DNA from: an uncultured Clostridium sp.
GTDB taxonomy: Bacteria; Bacillota_I; Bacilli_A; RF39; UBA660
Direction: 5' to 3'
DNA length: 34,241 nucleotides
Assembly: GCA_964652515.1 (NCBI GenBank)
Contig: CAZZAK010000002.1
Coordinates: 1-34,241, forward strand
The notes under the pieces were generated by a model. That model saw only the letters and a list, made by a program, of their open reading frames with translations, did not search any database and had not been told where the DNA came from. Shown here one piece after another: positions 25,866-34,013 of this stretch. Made by a program: the position numbers and the translations under genes. Every line of letters starts with the position of its first letter. The stretch's first letter is position 1.

Positions 25866-27292
25866 TGAAATATATACCTACTATTGGATTAGAAGTACAT
25901 TGTGAATTGAAAACTAATAGTAAAAACTTTTCTAGTGCTAGAAATAGTTATACGGATATTCCTAATAGTAATGTTAGTCCTATTGATATGGGATTTCCTG
26001 GTATATTGCCAGTAGTTAATATGGAAGCTATTAGAAAATCTATTAAGATGGCACTAGCATTAAATTGTACGATTCCAGAATATTTATCTTTTGAAAGAAA
26101 AAATTATTTCTATCCTGATTTACCTAAGGGATATCAAATTACACAGACAAAGAATCCTATAGGAAAAAACGGTTACGTAATGGTAAATATTGATGGAGAA
26201 GATAAGAAAATAGAAATACTAGATACACATTTGGAGGAGGATACAGCTTCACTTGATCATTATAAGGATTATTCTTTACTTGATTATAATCGTTGTGGTG
26301 TACCTTTACTTGAAACGGTTACTGGTCCTTGTATGCATTCTTCTAGGGAGGCTATAGCATTCTTAGAGACACTTAGAAATATATTTTTGTATTGTGATAT
26401 ATCTGATGCTAGGAGTGATAGAGGACAAATTAGATGTGATGTTAATATATCTCTAGCTCCTGAAGGCTCTGATAAATTGGGTACTAGAACAGAAATGAAG
26501 AATATTAATTCGTTCTCTCTAGTAAAAGAGGCTATTGATGCTGAAATTAAAAGGCAAGAAGAAGTATTAAATGATGGTGGAATTATCAATCAGGAAACTA
26601 GAAGATATGATTCTGAGAGTAATACTACTCATTTACTTAGAACCAAAGAAGACGCCATTGATTATAGATATTTTACTGAACCTAATATACCTAGAATTAA
26701 AATTAGTAAGGAATTAGTTTCAGAAATAAATGATGAAATACCTATACTTCAGTATGATAGGTTAATGAAATATACTAAAGAATATAAAATTAATAATAAG
26801 GATGCTAATACATTAGTTAGGGATAAAGATTTATCTGATTATTATGAGGAATGTATTAAATATTCTGTTGATAAAATAATGGTATCTAACTGGTTGACTG
26901 GTGATGTTTCAGCTTATTTAAATAAGAATAATATTGGTATTAAAGAATTGTTTTTAACACCAGAAATGTTAGTTAGTTTAATTAATTTAATTAGTGATGG
27001 AAAGATATCTGGTCATCAGGCTAAAGAAGTATTATCTAAGTCTTTAGAAGAACAAAAGGATCCAATATCATTAGTTAAATCTATGGGAATGGAACAAATT
27101 AGTGATAAAGATGAAATTGAAAAGATAGTAGATAAAATATTATCTGATAATCCTAATTTAGTTAATGATTATAAAGATGGTAAGAGAGTATTTGATTATA
27201 TGATAGGATTAATTATGAAAGAGACCAGAGGAAAAGTTAATCCAAAGATGGCTTCTTTGACTCTAAAAGAAAAATTGGATAGTTTAAAATAG
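25865..27292 (+). CDS. gatB: Asp/Glu-tRNA(Asn/Gln) amidotransferase subunit B
   Basis: 'PTIGLEVHCELKT', 'KNYFYPDLPKGYQITQ' and 'RCDVNISL'. The start overlaps the gatA stop (TAATG). Confidence 0.92.
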   Translation: MKYIPTIGLEVHCELKTNSKNFSSARNSYTDIPNSNVSPIDMGFPGILPVVNMEAIRKSIKMALALNCTIPEYLSFERKNYFYPDLPKGYQITQTKNPIGKNGYVMVNIDGEDKKIEILDTHLEEDTASLDHYKDYSLLDYNRCGVPLLETVTGPCMHSSREAIAFLETLRNIFLYCDISDARSDRGQIRCDVNISLAPEGSDKLGTRTEMKNINSFSLVKEAIDAEIKRQEEVLNDGGIINQETRRYDSESNTTHLLRTKEDAIDYRYFTEPNIPRIKISKELVSEINDEIPILQYDRLMKYTKEYKINNKDANTLVRDKDLSDYYEECIKYSVDKIMVSNWLTGDVSAYLNKNNIGIKELFLTPEMLVSLINLISDGKISGHQAKEVLSKSLEEQKDPISLVKSMGMEQISDKDEIEKIVDKILSDNPNLVNDYKDGKRVFDYMIGLIMKETRGKVNPKMASLTLKEKLDSLK

Positions 27293-27310
27293 TGTATATT
27301 ACTAGTGAAG

Positions 27311-27343
27311 ATGCTTGACAAAGCATTTTCTTTATGTTAGTAT
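27311..27343 (+). promoter_or_regulatory. Sigma-A-type promoter overlapping a short hairpin that could also terminate gatCAB
   Basis: TTGACA 27315-27320, 17-nt spacer, TGtTAGTAT (TG 27335-27336, -10 27338-27343). The inverted repeat ATGCTT (27311-27316) / AAGCAT (27321-27326), followed by TTTTCTTT, includes the -35. Confidence 0.5.
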
Positions 27344-27374
27344 AGTTGGTAATTTTAAAAGGAGGATTTTAATT

Positions 27375-29315
27375 GTGGATGAAGAAAGAAGTAATGGCAT
27401 ATTAAGATTTTTATTTAAATTAATAATCGTTGTTATATTTATACTTTTTATTATTTGGCTATTATCTATTGCAGTACGTAAGCATAGTGTTGGTAATGAT
27501 ATATCAACAAGTACTAATAAGTCAAATAATAGTACTAAGGTAAGTACAGTATATCAAGATAATTTAGATAGAATGAAAGATGCTGGTATCTCATACTATA
27601 CAATAGAGAGATTACCAAAAAATGTTGGCGATGTTAAGACGATAACATTAGAGGAAATGTATGATTCTCATCTTTTATTAGAAATATATGATGAGAATGA
27701 AAAGAAATGTTCTTCTTATGATTCTTATGTCGAAGTAACAAAACTTGAAAATGAATACAAGATGAAAGTAAGATTAGTATGTCCTAAAAAAGATGCATAT
27801 ATTATTGTTTATTTAGGCTGCTATGATTACTGTAAGGGGTTTGTTTGTGAAAAACAAGAAGAACAAAAACCAAGTAATAGTACTGCTCCAAAGGATAGTA
27901 CTAGTCAAAAACCAAGTTCTAGTCCGAAACCAAGTTCTAGTAATTCTGCTAAGGTAACAGAATATGAGTATGTTAAAAGAACTAGTGGTCATTGGACTGA
28001 TTGGAGTTCTTGGAGTAAATGGCAGAGAAATGCTGTAAGTGAATCAGATACTGTAAAAGTTCAAACTAAAGTAGTTACTGAAGATTATACTTATGAAGAA
28101 GAAATAGAAGATATTTCTTATGAAAGTTATACTTCTAAATGTCCAAGTGGATATGTAGAAAATACTAATGGTAATGGAAAAGATTGCCGTAAGGTAACTA
28201 GTGAGACAAAACCATTGGATTGTCCTATATTAAGTGGATATGAAAAAATTGATAATGATGGAATAATTTGTACATATAAGAGTACTGCATCATTTCCTAA
28301 GGTATGTCCACCAGCACCATCAGGATTTGTATATATAGATGGGACTTCTTGTAAATATAGAAGTACAAAACCTTATGATAAAATATGTAATCCTAAGAGT
28401 GGATATGAAAAAATTGATAATGATGGAACAACATGTACATATCAAAGTACTTCATCAACACCGAAAGAATGTCCACCAGCTGATTCAGGATATACATATA
28501 TGAGTGGGACTTCTTGTAAATATAAAAGTAATGCCACTAAACCTAAAGTTTGTCCTGAGACACCATTGGGATATACTTATGTGGGAATGAGCGGTTCTAA
28601 ATGTGTATATACAAAATATTTAAGAACTGATCAAGGTGAAAATATACCTCAAGATACTTCAACAAGAATATATGTTTATAAATCAGGACCTGTTGTATTA
28701 GAAGATTGTGATTCATGTGGAACTTATTTTGGATATATATATAAAGTTTATGCAAGAAAAGCCTTAGATAAGACATGTCAAAAGGGATATACTGAACTTA
28801 GTGATGGCACTTGTCATATAGTAAAAACTAAAAGTAAAACATGTGTTTCACCAAAAGTATACTTAGATGGAGGTTGTCGTACTAAGATAACAGCTCCTGC
28901 AGTTTGTCCAGATGGAAAGGTTGAACTTAGTGGAGTATGTAGAGTTAGAATAGAAAAACCTATGGAATGTCCGGAAAATACAGAACCATTAAACAGTATT
29001 TGTGTTAAGAAGGCTACTAGACCTGTTATATGTACAGGCAATAATTATGAATTAATCGGTGGTAAATGTAAGAAGGTATTATATGATAATTACGACAAGA
29101 TATGTCCAAAAGGATATAAATTAACAAATGATAAAAAACAGTGTTATAAGAAAGAAATAATAACTGTATTAAAACATGGAACTAGAGAAGTAACATTATA
29201 TAGATATGCTACTCGTAAATATGTAGGAGGTACTGTTGATTATAAATGGAGTACATCTAATCATGATGAAAACTTATTATCACAGGGGTATACATTAACG
29301 GGAAGAACAAGATAA
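27375..29315 (+). CDS. Membrane-anchored, cysteine-hairpin-repeat surface protein (no family assigned)
   Basis: GTG 27375 lies 9 nt after AGGAGG 27360-27365; the ORF-track TTG at 27315 is the -35 box. Order: N-terminal TM, S/P-rich linker, 'WTDWSSWSKW', then 12 modules of C-x(10-16)-C, many starting 'CPxxGY'. Confidence 0.8.
   Translation: MDEERSNGILRFLFKLIIVVIFILFIIWLLSIAVRKHSVGNDISTSTNKSNNSTKVSTVYQDNLDRMKDAGISYYTIERLPKNVGDVKTITLEEMYDSHLLLEIYDENEKKCSSYDSYVEVTKLENEYKMKVRLVCPKKDAYIIVYLGCYDYCKGFVCEKQEEQKPSNSTAPKDSTSQKPSSSPKPSSSNSAKVTEYEYVKRTSGHWTDWSSWSKWQRNAVSESDTVKVQTKVVTEDYTYEEEIEDISYESYTSKCPSGYVENTNGNGKDCRKVTSETKPLDCPILSGYEKIDNDGIICTYKSTASFPKVCPPAPSGFVYIDGTSCKYRSTKPYDKICNPKSGYEKIDNDGTTCTYQSTSSTPKECPPADSGYTYMSGTSCKYKSNATKPKVCPETPLGYTYVGMSGSKCVYTKYLRTDQGENIPQDTSTRIYVYKSGPVVLEDCDSCGTYFGYIYKVYARKALDKTCQKGYTELSDGTCHIVKTKSKTCVSPKVYLDGGCRTKITAPAVCPDGKVELSGVCRVRIEKPMECPENTEPLNSICVKKATRPVICTGNNYELIGGKCKKVLYDNYDKICPKGYKLTNDKKQCYKKEIITVLKHGTREVTLYRYATRKYVGGTVDYKWSTSNHDENLLSQGYTLTGRTR
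28221..28550 (+). repeat. Tandem in-frame duplication, 2 x 165 bp, inside the Cys-repeat gene
   Basis: Units 28221-28385 and 28386-28550 each encode 55 aa with two Cys pairs ('C..SGYEKIDNDG..CTY.ST.S.PK.CPPA.SG..Y..GTSCKY'). 34 of 55 residues are identical by hand count. Confidence 0.85.
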
Positions 29316-29329
29316 GGGGGAAATAATTT

Positions 29330-31075
29330 ATGGAATATAATTTAGATTTTAAAACATTAAAAACAGAAAATGGTGAATTTGCTATAGTAGCTGTAATTAG
29401 TACTAAAGATGGTGTATATAATATGCCAGTGCCTAATTATAGATTTGAAGATGAAGAGAGTGCAAATAATTTTATTAATAATAATCGTATGTCTTTATTA
29501 TCACAATTAGGAATAGTTGCTAATGGCAGTAACGAGAGAAGTACTCCTGGGCAAAAATCTAATGATTCAAGTTACAAGCCTGTTAAAATAACAGTGCCTG
29601 AACCTGATAAGAATGTTGAATATCACGTACTTAAGAATCAAGAAGGTAAATATTATGTAAGAGTAACTTTTTTTGGAAGTGAAGGTGAAATACCAGATAA
29701 ATCATTTGATACTCTTCCTGATGCTGAAAAATTTGTAATAGAAAATTATAAAAACATTGAAAAACTTCTTTATGAAAAATATGGAAATGGAAAAATAAAC
29801 GATGGTTCTACAAAAGTTAAAGGAAAAGGACAGGAAGATGTATTGGAAGTAACTATACCAGGACAAGATGAGAATATTAAATATTATGTTGTAAGAGATG
29901 ATATTGAATATTTGAATTGCTTTTATATATGTGTTGAGGTTCTTGATGCAAATCAGAAAATTAATATATTCAAAAATTTCTTTAATCAAGAAAAAGCTGT
30001 TAAATATATTGAAGAAAATTATGATGAATTGGCAAAAAAAGCTTATAAGAAAGCTAATAAGGGAGTTAGAGGAAAAAACGATGATGGTGAAAAAACTGGC
30101 AAGATTGTTGGTACAGTATGTCTAATAGGAGCTGCTGGTATACTTACTGCCGCATTAGTTAGCTCTTGTCATTCTTGTGCTAAAGGTAGTGGAAAAGCAA
30201 CAGATCCTAAAAATGGTGTTACAGTAAACATTACTAATACACCAAATTCATCTTTAAATCCTTCTCAAACACCTTCTGGAACATCTACTGAGGATGTTGT
30301 CTTGATTCCTTCACAAGCGCCAACAGAGGCTCCTACTGAGGAACCTAATGTTTTATCAATGTCAGATATTGATTTATTAGCAGGTAATGTATTTGATGAA
30401 TATGTTAGTAAAAATGTGAATGTTAAAATTACAGATAATGGTGCTATGAATGGTTCTGTTATTACTTCTAATGATTTAATAGATGTTATTACGATATTAA
30501 ATATTAATAAATTAAGTACAGAAAACTATGATTTATTTAGTAAGTTGGTTTCTGACAAGCAACCAGGGGCATACTTTAAGGGTGTTGACGATTTAGTTGC
30601 TAATTTAATGTCTTTAAATATGCAAAAATATTATGGTGAAAAAACAACAGAAGGTATGATATGGTTTAGTTCAATGATGCTAAATGATAATGACAGGAAA
30701 GACATGAATAGTTTTGAAGGACTTATAGAAGGCATTATGAATGCTAGTTTAGAAGGAAATAAGAGTAAGACTCAAGAATTAACGGATAATCTTATTAAAA
30801 TTTTAGATGATCCAACTATGCTTAATCGTGGAGATGGATTTGATAGAGGATTATATTATGAATTAAGCGTTTTCTTAAATTGTGTTGGGAAAAATATTAC
30901 TAAAAAACAATATGATAGAATTGTTAAAATAATGAGTTCTAAGCGTGAAGCTACTAATGTTAGAATTGAAAAGATTTTATCAAATGTTATGAGTATTGGA
31001 TGTTATGCTATAATTGATTTAGTTGATAAAGGTCGTGTTATAGATTCTGAGTTAGTTAGAATTAGACGTTGCTAA
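29330..31075 (+). CDS. Bitopic membrane protein: three N-terminal repeats, one TM, a P/T/S linker and a helical C-terminal domain (unknown function)
   Basis: AAGGGGGA RBS; ATG lies 14 nt after the upstream stop. Repeats at about aa 1-60, 85-152 and 172-240 ('ITVPEPDKNVEYHV' / 'VTIPGQDENIKYYV'; 'AEKFVIENYKNIEKLLYEKY' / 'EKAVKYIEENYDELAKKAY'). TM 'IVGTVCLIGAAGILTAALV' at about 30101-30178. Confidence 0.75.
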   Translation: MEYNLDFKTLKTENGEFAIVAVISTKDGVYNMPVPNYRFEDEESANNFINNNRMSLLSQLGIVANGSNERSTPGQKSNDSSYKPVKITVPEPDKNVEYHVLKNQEGKYYVRVTFFGSEGEIPDKSFDTLPDAEKFVIENYKNIEKLLYEKYGNGKINDGSTKVKGKGQEDVLEVTIPGQDENIKYYVVRDDIEYLNCFYICVEVLDANQKINIFKNFFNQEKAVKYIEENYDELAKKAYKKANKGVRGKNDDGEKTGKIVGTVCLIGAAGILTAALVSSCHSCAKGSGKATDPKNGVTVNITNTPNSSLNPSQTPSGTSTEDVVLIPSQAPTEAPTEEPNVLSMSDIDLLAGNVFDEYVSKNVNVKITDNGAMNGSVITSNDLIDVITILNINKLSTENYDLFSKLVSDKQPGAYFKGVDDLVANLMSLNMQKYYGEKTTEGMIWFSSMMLNDNDRKDMNSFEGLIEGIMNASLEGNKSKTQELTDNLIKILDDPTMLNRGDGFDRGLYYELSVFLNCVGKNITKKQYDRIVKIMSSKREATNVRIEKILSNVMSIGCYAIIDLVDKGRVIDSELVRIRRC

Positions 31076-31076
31076 T

Positions 31077-31105
31077 AAAAAGTCTTAAAATTTAAGACTT
31101 TTTTT
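31077..31105 (+). terminator. Intrinsic terminator
   Basis: AGTCTTAA (31081-31088), 3-nt loop, TTAAGACT (31092-31099), flanked by an A-run and a T-run. Confidence 0.75.
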
Positions 31106-31113
31106 CTTTATCA

Positions 31114-31122
31114 TGATATAAT
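31114..31122 (+). promoter_or_regulatory. Extended -10 promoter element (TGaTATAAT)
   Basis: TG 31114-31115 and TATAAT 31117-31122. Only 9 nt separate it from ATG 31132, with no SD in between. Confidence 0.45.
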
Positions 31123-31131
31123 ATATTTGTT

Positions 31132-31524
31132 ATGAGAAAAGTAATTATTATAGTATTAATAATATTTATATTAATATTATGTTCTTTAGTTTATATTAAT
31201 AATAGTAATAGTTCTAATATAGATGAATTGATTAAAAAAAATTATGCAGATATAAAACTATTTTATGTGAATAAGTATGATAGTTATTATATATTTATAT
31301 CAGAAAAGAAGTATGGTGTATTAGACAATAAATTTGAAGAAGTATTATTGGTAGATAAAGAAAAATTATGTAAAAAAAAGAAGAATTATGATATTATATA
31401 TAAAAATGAAATGTTAATGTATGAAGAGGAAATATTAAAGAATAAAAAATTAACTTTTAATTATTATGATATAAATGATTGCAAGCTAATTAACTCTATT
31501 TCTTTGGGAGGTTCTAATGGATGA
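31132..31524 (+). CDS. Small membrane-anchored hypothetical protein
   Basis: 130 aa. N-terminal TM 'VIIIVLIIFILILCSLVYI'. Its 3' end overlaps the dnaD start. Confidence 0.55.
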   Translation: MRKVIIIVLIIFILILCSLVYINNSNSSNIDELIKKNYADIKLFYVNKYDSYYIFISEKKYGVLDNKFEEVLLVDKEKLCKKKKNYDIIYKNEMLMYEEEILKNKKLTFNYYDINDCKLINSISLGGSNG

Positions 31525-32164
31525 TAAAATAAAAGAATTACTAATTAATAAACCTTTAATAATACCTAAGTTATTATTTAATAATTATAAAAAATTAAAT
31601 ATTAGTGATAGTGAACTTATTATTTTAATATTTATGATTAATGAAGGTATGGAAATAGAATATGATCCTAGTATATTTATATCTGAATTAAATATGGATA
31701 AGTTTAGAGTTTTGGAAATGATTGATTCGTTGCATAAGAAGAATATTATTTCTTTAGTGATGGAGAAAAGAAATAATAAGGCAATGGAATACATTTCAGT
31801 AAAACCATTATATGATAAATTAGTATCTATTGTAATGGATAAAGAGGAAAATAATGATAAAGAAGTTGATAAGAATTTATATTCTATATTTGAAAGTGAA
31901 TTGGGTAGAACTTTATCTCCTTTAGAATATGAAAAGATTAATGAATGGAGTAATGAAATATCTTCTGAACTTATTGTGGAAGCATTAAAAGAAGCTGTAT
32001 TTTGTGGAGTAAATAATTTTAGATATATAGAGACTATCTTATCTGAATGGAATAAAAAAGGATATAAGAATAAGTCTGATATTATTCGTGATAGGGAAAA
32101 TAGAAAGAATAAGAAAAAAGATAGTGTTAATGTTCCTGATATAGATTGGTTAAATGATGAATAG
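31517..32164 (+). CDS. dnaD: DnaD-domain replication initiation / membrane attachment protein
   Basis: 'GRTLSPLEYEKINEWSNE...ELIVEALKEAVFCGVNNFRYIETILSEWNKKGYK' is the DnaD/DnaB_2 C-terminal domain. The conserved dnaD-nth adjacency is known from Bacillus. GGGAGG RBS. Confidence 0.85.
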   Translation: MDDKIKELLINKPLIIPKLLFNNYKKLNISDSELIILIFMINEGMEIEYDPSIFISELNMDKFRVLEMIDSLHKKNIISLVMEKRNNKAMEYISVKPLYDKLVSIVMDKEENNDKEVDKNLYSIFESELGRTLSPLEYEKINEWSNEISSELIVEALKEAVFCGVNNFRYIETILSEWNKKGYKNKSDIIRDRENRKNKKKDSVNVPDIDWLNDE

Positions 32165-32780
32165 AATATTAGAATATCTTGATATATTATTTCCTAATCC
32201 TAAATGTGAGTTAGAATATAATAAGGATTATGAACTACTAATAGCTATAGTATTAAGTGCACAAACTACTGATAAGAGAGTTAATAAAGTAACTAAAGTA
32301 TTATTTTCTAAATATCCTAGTTTATTAGAATTAAGTAATGCTAATATAAGTGATATAGAAATTATTATTAGGGAGATTGGTACATATAAAAGAAAGAGTA
32401 TTTATGTTCATGATATAGCTAAATATTTTGTTGATAATAATTTGAATTATGTTCCTAATGATAGAAAGTTATTAGAGTCATTACCTGGAGTTGGTAGAAA
32501 AACTGTCAATGTATTTCTTAGTACAATATATAATGAACCAGAAATTGGAGTGGATACTCATGTATCTAGAGTTTGTAAGAGACTTAATATTGCTCATGAT
32601 AATGATTCGGTTAGGGTAATAGAAGGAAAATTAAGAAAAAAAGTACCTATAGAATTAAGAGGTAGAATTCATCATCAATTAGTACTTTTTGGTAGATATT
32701 ATTGTAAAGCAATTAAGCCAGAATGTTCTAATTGTAAACTAAAAGAAATATGTAAATATTATAAAAAAAATAAGTTATAG
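32154..32780 (+). CDS. nth: Endonuclease III (DNA-(apurinic or apyrimidinic site) lyase / glycosylase)
   Basis: HhH-GPD 'LPGVGRKTVNV', catalytic 'VDTHVSRV', and the C-x6-C-x2-C-x5-C cluster 'CKAIKPECSNCKLKEIC'. Confidence 0.92.
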   Translation: MMNRILEYLDILFPNPKCELEYNKDYELLIAIVLSAQTTDKRVNKVTKVLFSKYPSLLELSNANISDIEIIIREIGTYKRKSIYVHDIAKYFVDNNLNYVPNDRKLLESLPGVGRKTVNVFLSTIYNEPEIGVDTHVSRVCKRLNIAHDNDSVRVIEGKLRKKVPIELRGRIHHQLVLFGRYYCKAIKPECSNCKLKEICKYYKKNKL

Positions 32781-32794
32781 TGTTATAACTTATT
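32769..32794. terminator. Bidirectional intrinsic terminator overlapping both convergent stop codons
   Basis: 11-bp stem 32769-32779 / 32784-32794 with a GTGT loop. A-run upstream (32762-32770), T-run downstream (32793-32797). Confidence 0.65.
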
Positions 32795-32999
32795 TTTCTT
32801 CCTCTTTTGCTTTTATTTCTTCGATAGCTTCAACAGGACAGGCTTCTATAGCTCCTTTTACAGTGTTTTCCATATCTTTTGGAATTTCGTCTATTATGGC
32901 CTCAGCCATTCCATCATCATTAAAGCTGAATACTTTTTCTTCAGTCATCATTACACAGTTTCCACAACCGATACAATTTTCATTTACTCTTACTTTCAT
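32790..32999 (-). CDS. Small single-cluster [4Fe-4S]/[3Fe-4S] ferredoxin
   Basis: 69 aa. 'CIGCGNC' plus a distal 'CP'. GGAGGT RBS (plus-strand ACCTCC 33005-33010). Confidence 0.85.
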   Translation of the reverse strand: MKVRVNENCIGCGNCVMMTEEKVFSFNDDGMAEAIIDEIPKDMENTVKGAIEACPVEAIEEIKAKEEEK

Positions 33000-33103
33000 A
33001 AATTACCTCCTTAACTAATTATAAGTGTAAAATTATGAAAAATCAATTAATTTTATTTTATTTAAAAACATTATATGTTATTATGTATTTGAGGAAGTGC
33101 TAT

Positions 33104-33919
33104 ATGGAATCAAGAACGGATAAGTATAAAGATAAAGAGTATAAGCCTTCTAGAGTGGAAAAAAATAAAGATCTATATAAAATGATATATACTGCTTATG
33201 ATGAATTTGATAATTATAAGGTTCCTTTAGAAGAAAAAGAAATAGATTTATCTAAAATGAATAAGAATATTACTAGTCGTGATGAATATATGAAACTGAA
33301 AAAATATGGTGAGTTTACTAATAATAGAATAGTTTCTAGAGAAGAAAAATTAGAGGAAAAGAAACCTAAGAAGGAAGAGGTTTATGATATAAAAGAACTT
33401 TTAGATAAGGTCAAGAATGATAATCCTTCTTTACGTAAGACAGAAATTAGAGAAGAAAAATATTTAGATAAATTACATTTGAAGGATAATGTTAAGACTA
33501 ATTTGGAAAAAATGAAAGAGGAATATGAAGATGTTAAATTAGATAGTTTGGAAGAGGAAAAATTATCTAATACAGCTAATTTATCTTTAGAAATATTATC
33601 TGATTTAAAGAGTGGTGAGGATACAGTGGTTACTCCTCCTATGAAGATTGAGGATGATACAGAAGAAGATATACCATTAAAAAAAATAGCTAAGAAAGAA
33701 AATGTAATTATGGAAGAATCAGAAGAAGATGAAGACGATTCTTTCTATAGTGATATATATAAGTTTAAGAAGAAAGATTTTGAATCTGATAATGAAGAAG
33801 AATATGAAGATGAGTCAGAAGAGAGTAATAAGTTTTTATTTAGAATATTAATTATTATATCAATTATTATTTTAATGGGATTAATTGCTATATATGTGAT
33901 AGGATACTTTAGTAAATAA
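33104..33919 (+). CDS. Highly charged (K/E/D-rich) protein with one C-terminal TM anchor; unknown function
   Basis: ATG 33104 lies 6 nt after GAGGAAG 33091-33097; the ORF-track ATG at 33035 has no RBS. C-terminal 'FLFRILIIISIIILMGLIAIYVIGYF'. Confidence 0.6.
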   Translation: MESRTDKYKDKEYKPSRVEKNKDLYKMIYTAYDEFDNYKVPLEEKEIDLSKMNKNITSRDEYMKLKKYGEFTNNRIVSREEKLEEKKPKKEEVYDIKELLDKVKNDNPSLRKTEIREEKYLDKLHLKDNVKTNLEKMKEEYEDVKLDSLEEEKLSNTANLSLEILSDLKSGEDTVVTPPMKIEDDTEEDIPLKKIAKKENVIMEESEEDEDDSFYSDIYKFKKKDFESDNEEEYEDESEESNKFLFRILIIISIIILMGLIAIYVIGYFSK

Positions 33920-33964
33920 GTATCTTTTTTCTTTTAAAAAGTGTCAAATAAATAACTAGTAGTC

Positions 33965-33993
33965 TTGAAAGAGTTATTTTATTATGTTAAAAT
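33965..33993 (+). promoter_or_regulatory. Sigma-A-type promoter for parC
   Basis: TTGAAA 33965-33970, 17-nt spacer, TGtTAAAAT (-10 at 33988-33993). Confidence 0.55.
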
Positions 33994-34013
33994 CATAATG
34001 ATAATGAGGTGGT

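Noticed and set aside
786-31794. Twelve short ORFs in the track: 786-1100(-), 6734-6919(-), 9364-9561(-), 11175-11465(+), 12743-12970(-), 22770-22988(-), 24940-25128(+), 26284-26589(-), 28814-29041(-), 29702-29989(-), 29931-30125(+), 31585-31794(-).
   Set aside because: Each lies wholly or almost wholly inside a longer ORF, antisense or in another frame, that has clear family motifs or coherent architecture (12743-12970 also runs 4 nt past the DUF3048 start). Their products are low-complexity I/L/K/N/S-rich strings, as expected from translating AT-rich DNA off-frame. None has an RBS.
847-33103. N-terminal extensions proposed by the ORF track (starts at 847, 12718, 15090, 21120, 22306, 23058, 24456, 27315, 33035).
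   Set aside because: In each case a downstream in-frame ATG or GTG is preceded by a GGAGG-like Shine-Dalgarno at 5-9 nt, and the protein then begins with the family-typical N-terminus. Several track starts are TTG codons inside an RBS or promoter element: 27315 is the TTGACA -35 box, and 23058 lies 4 nt after a TATAAT.
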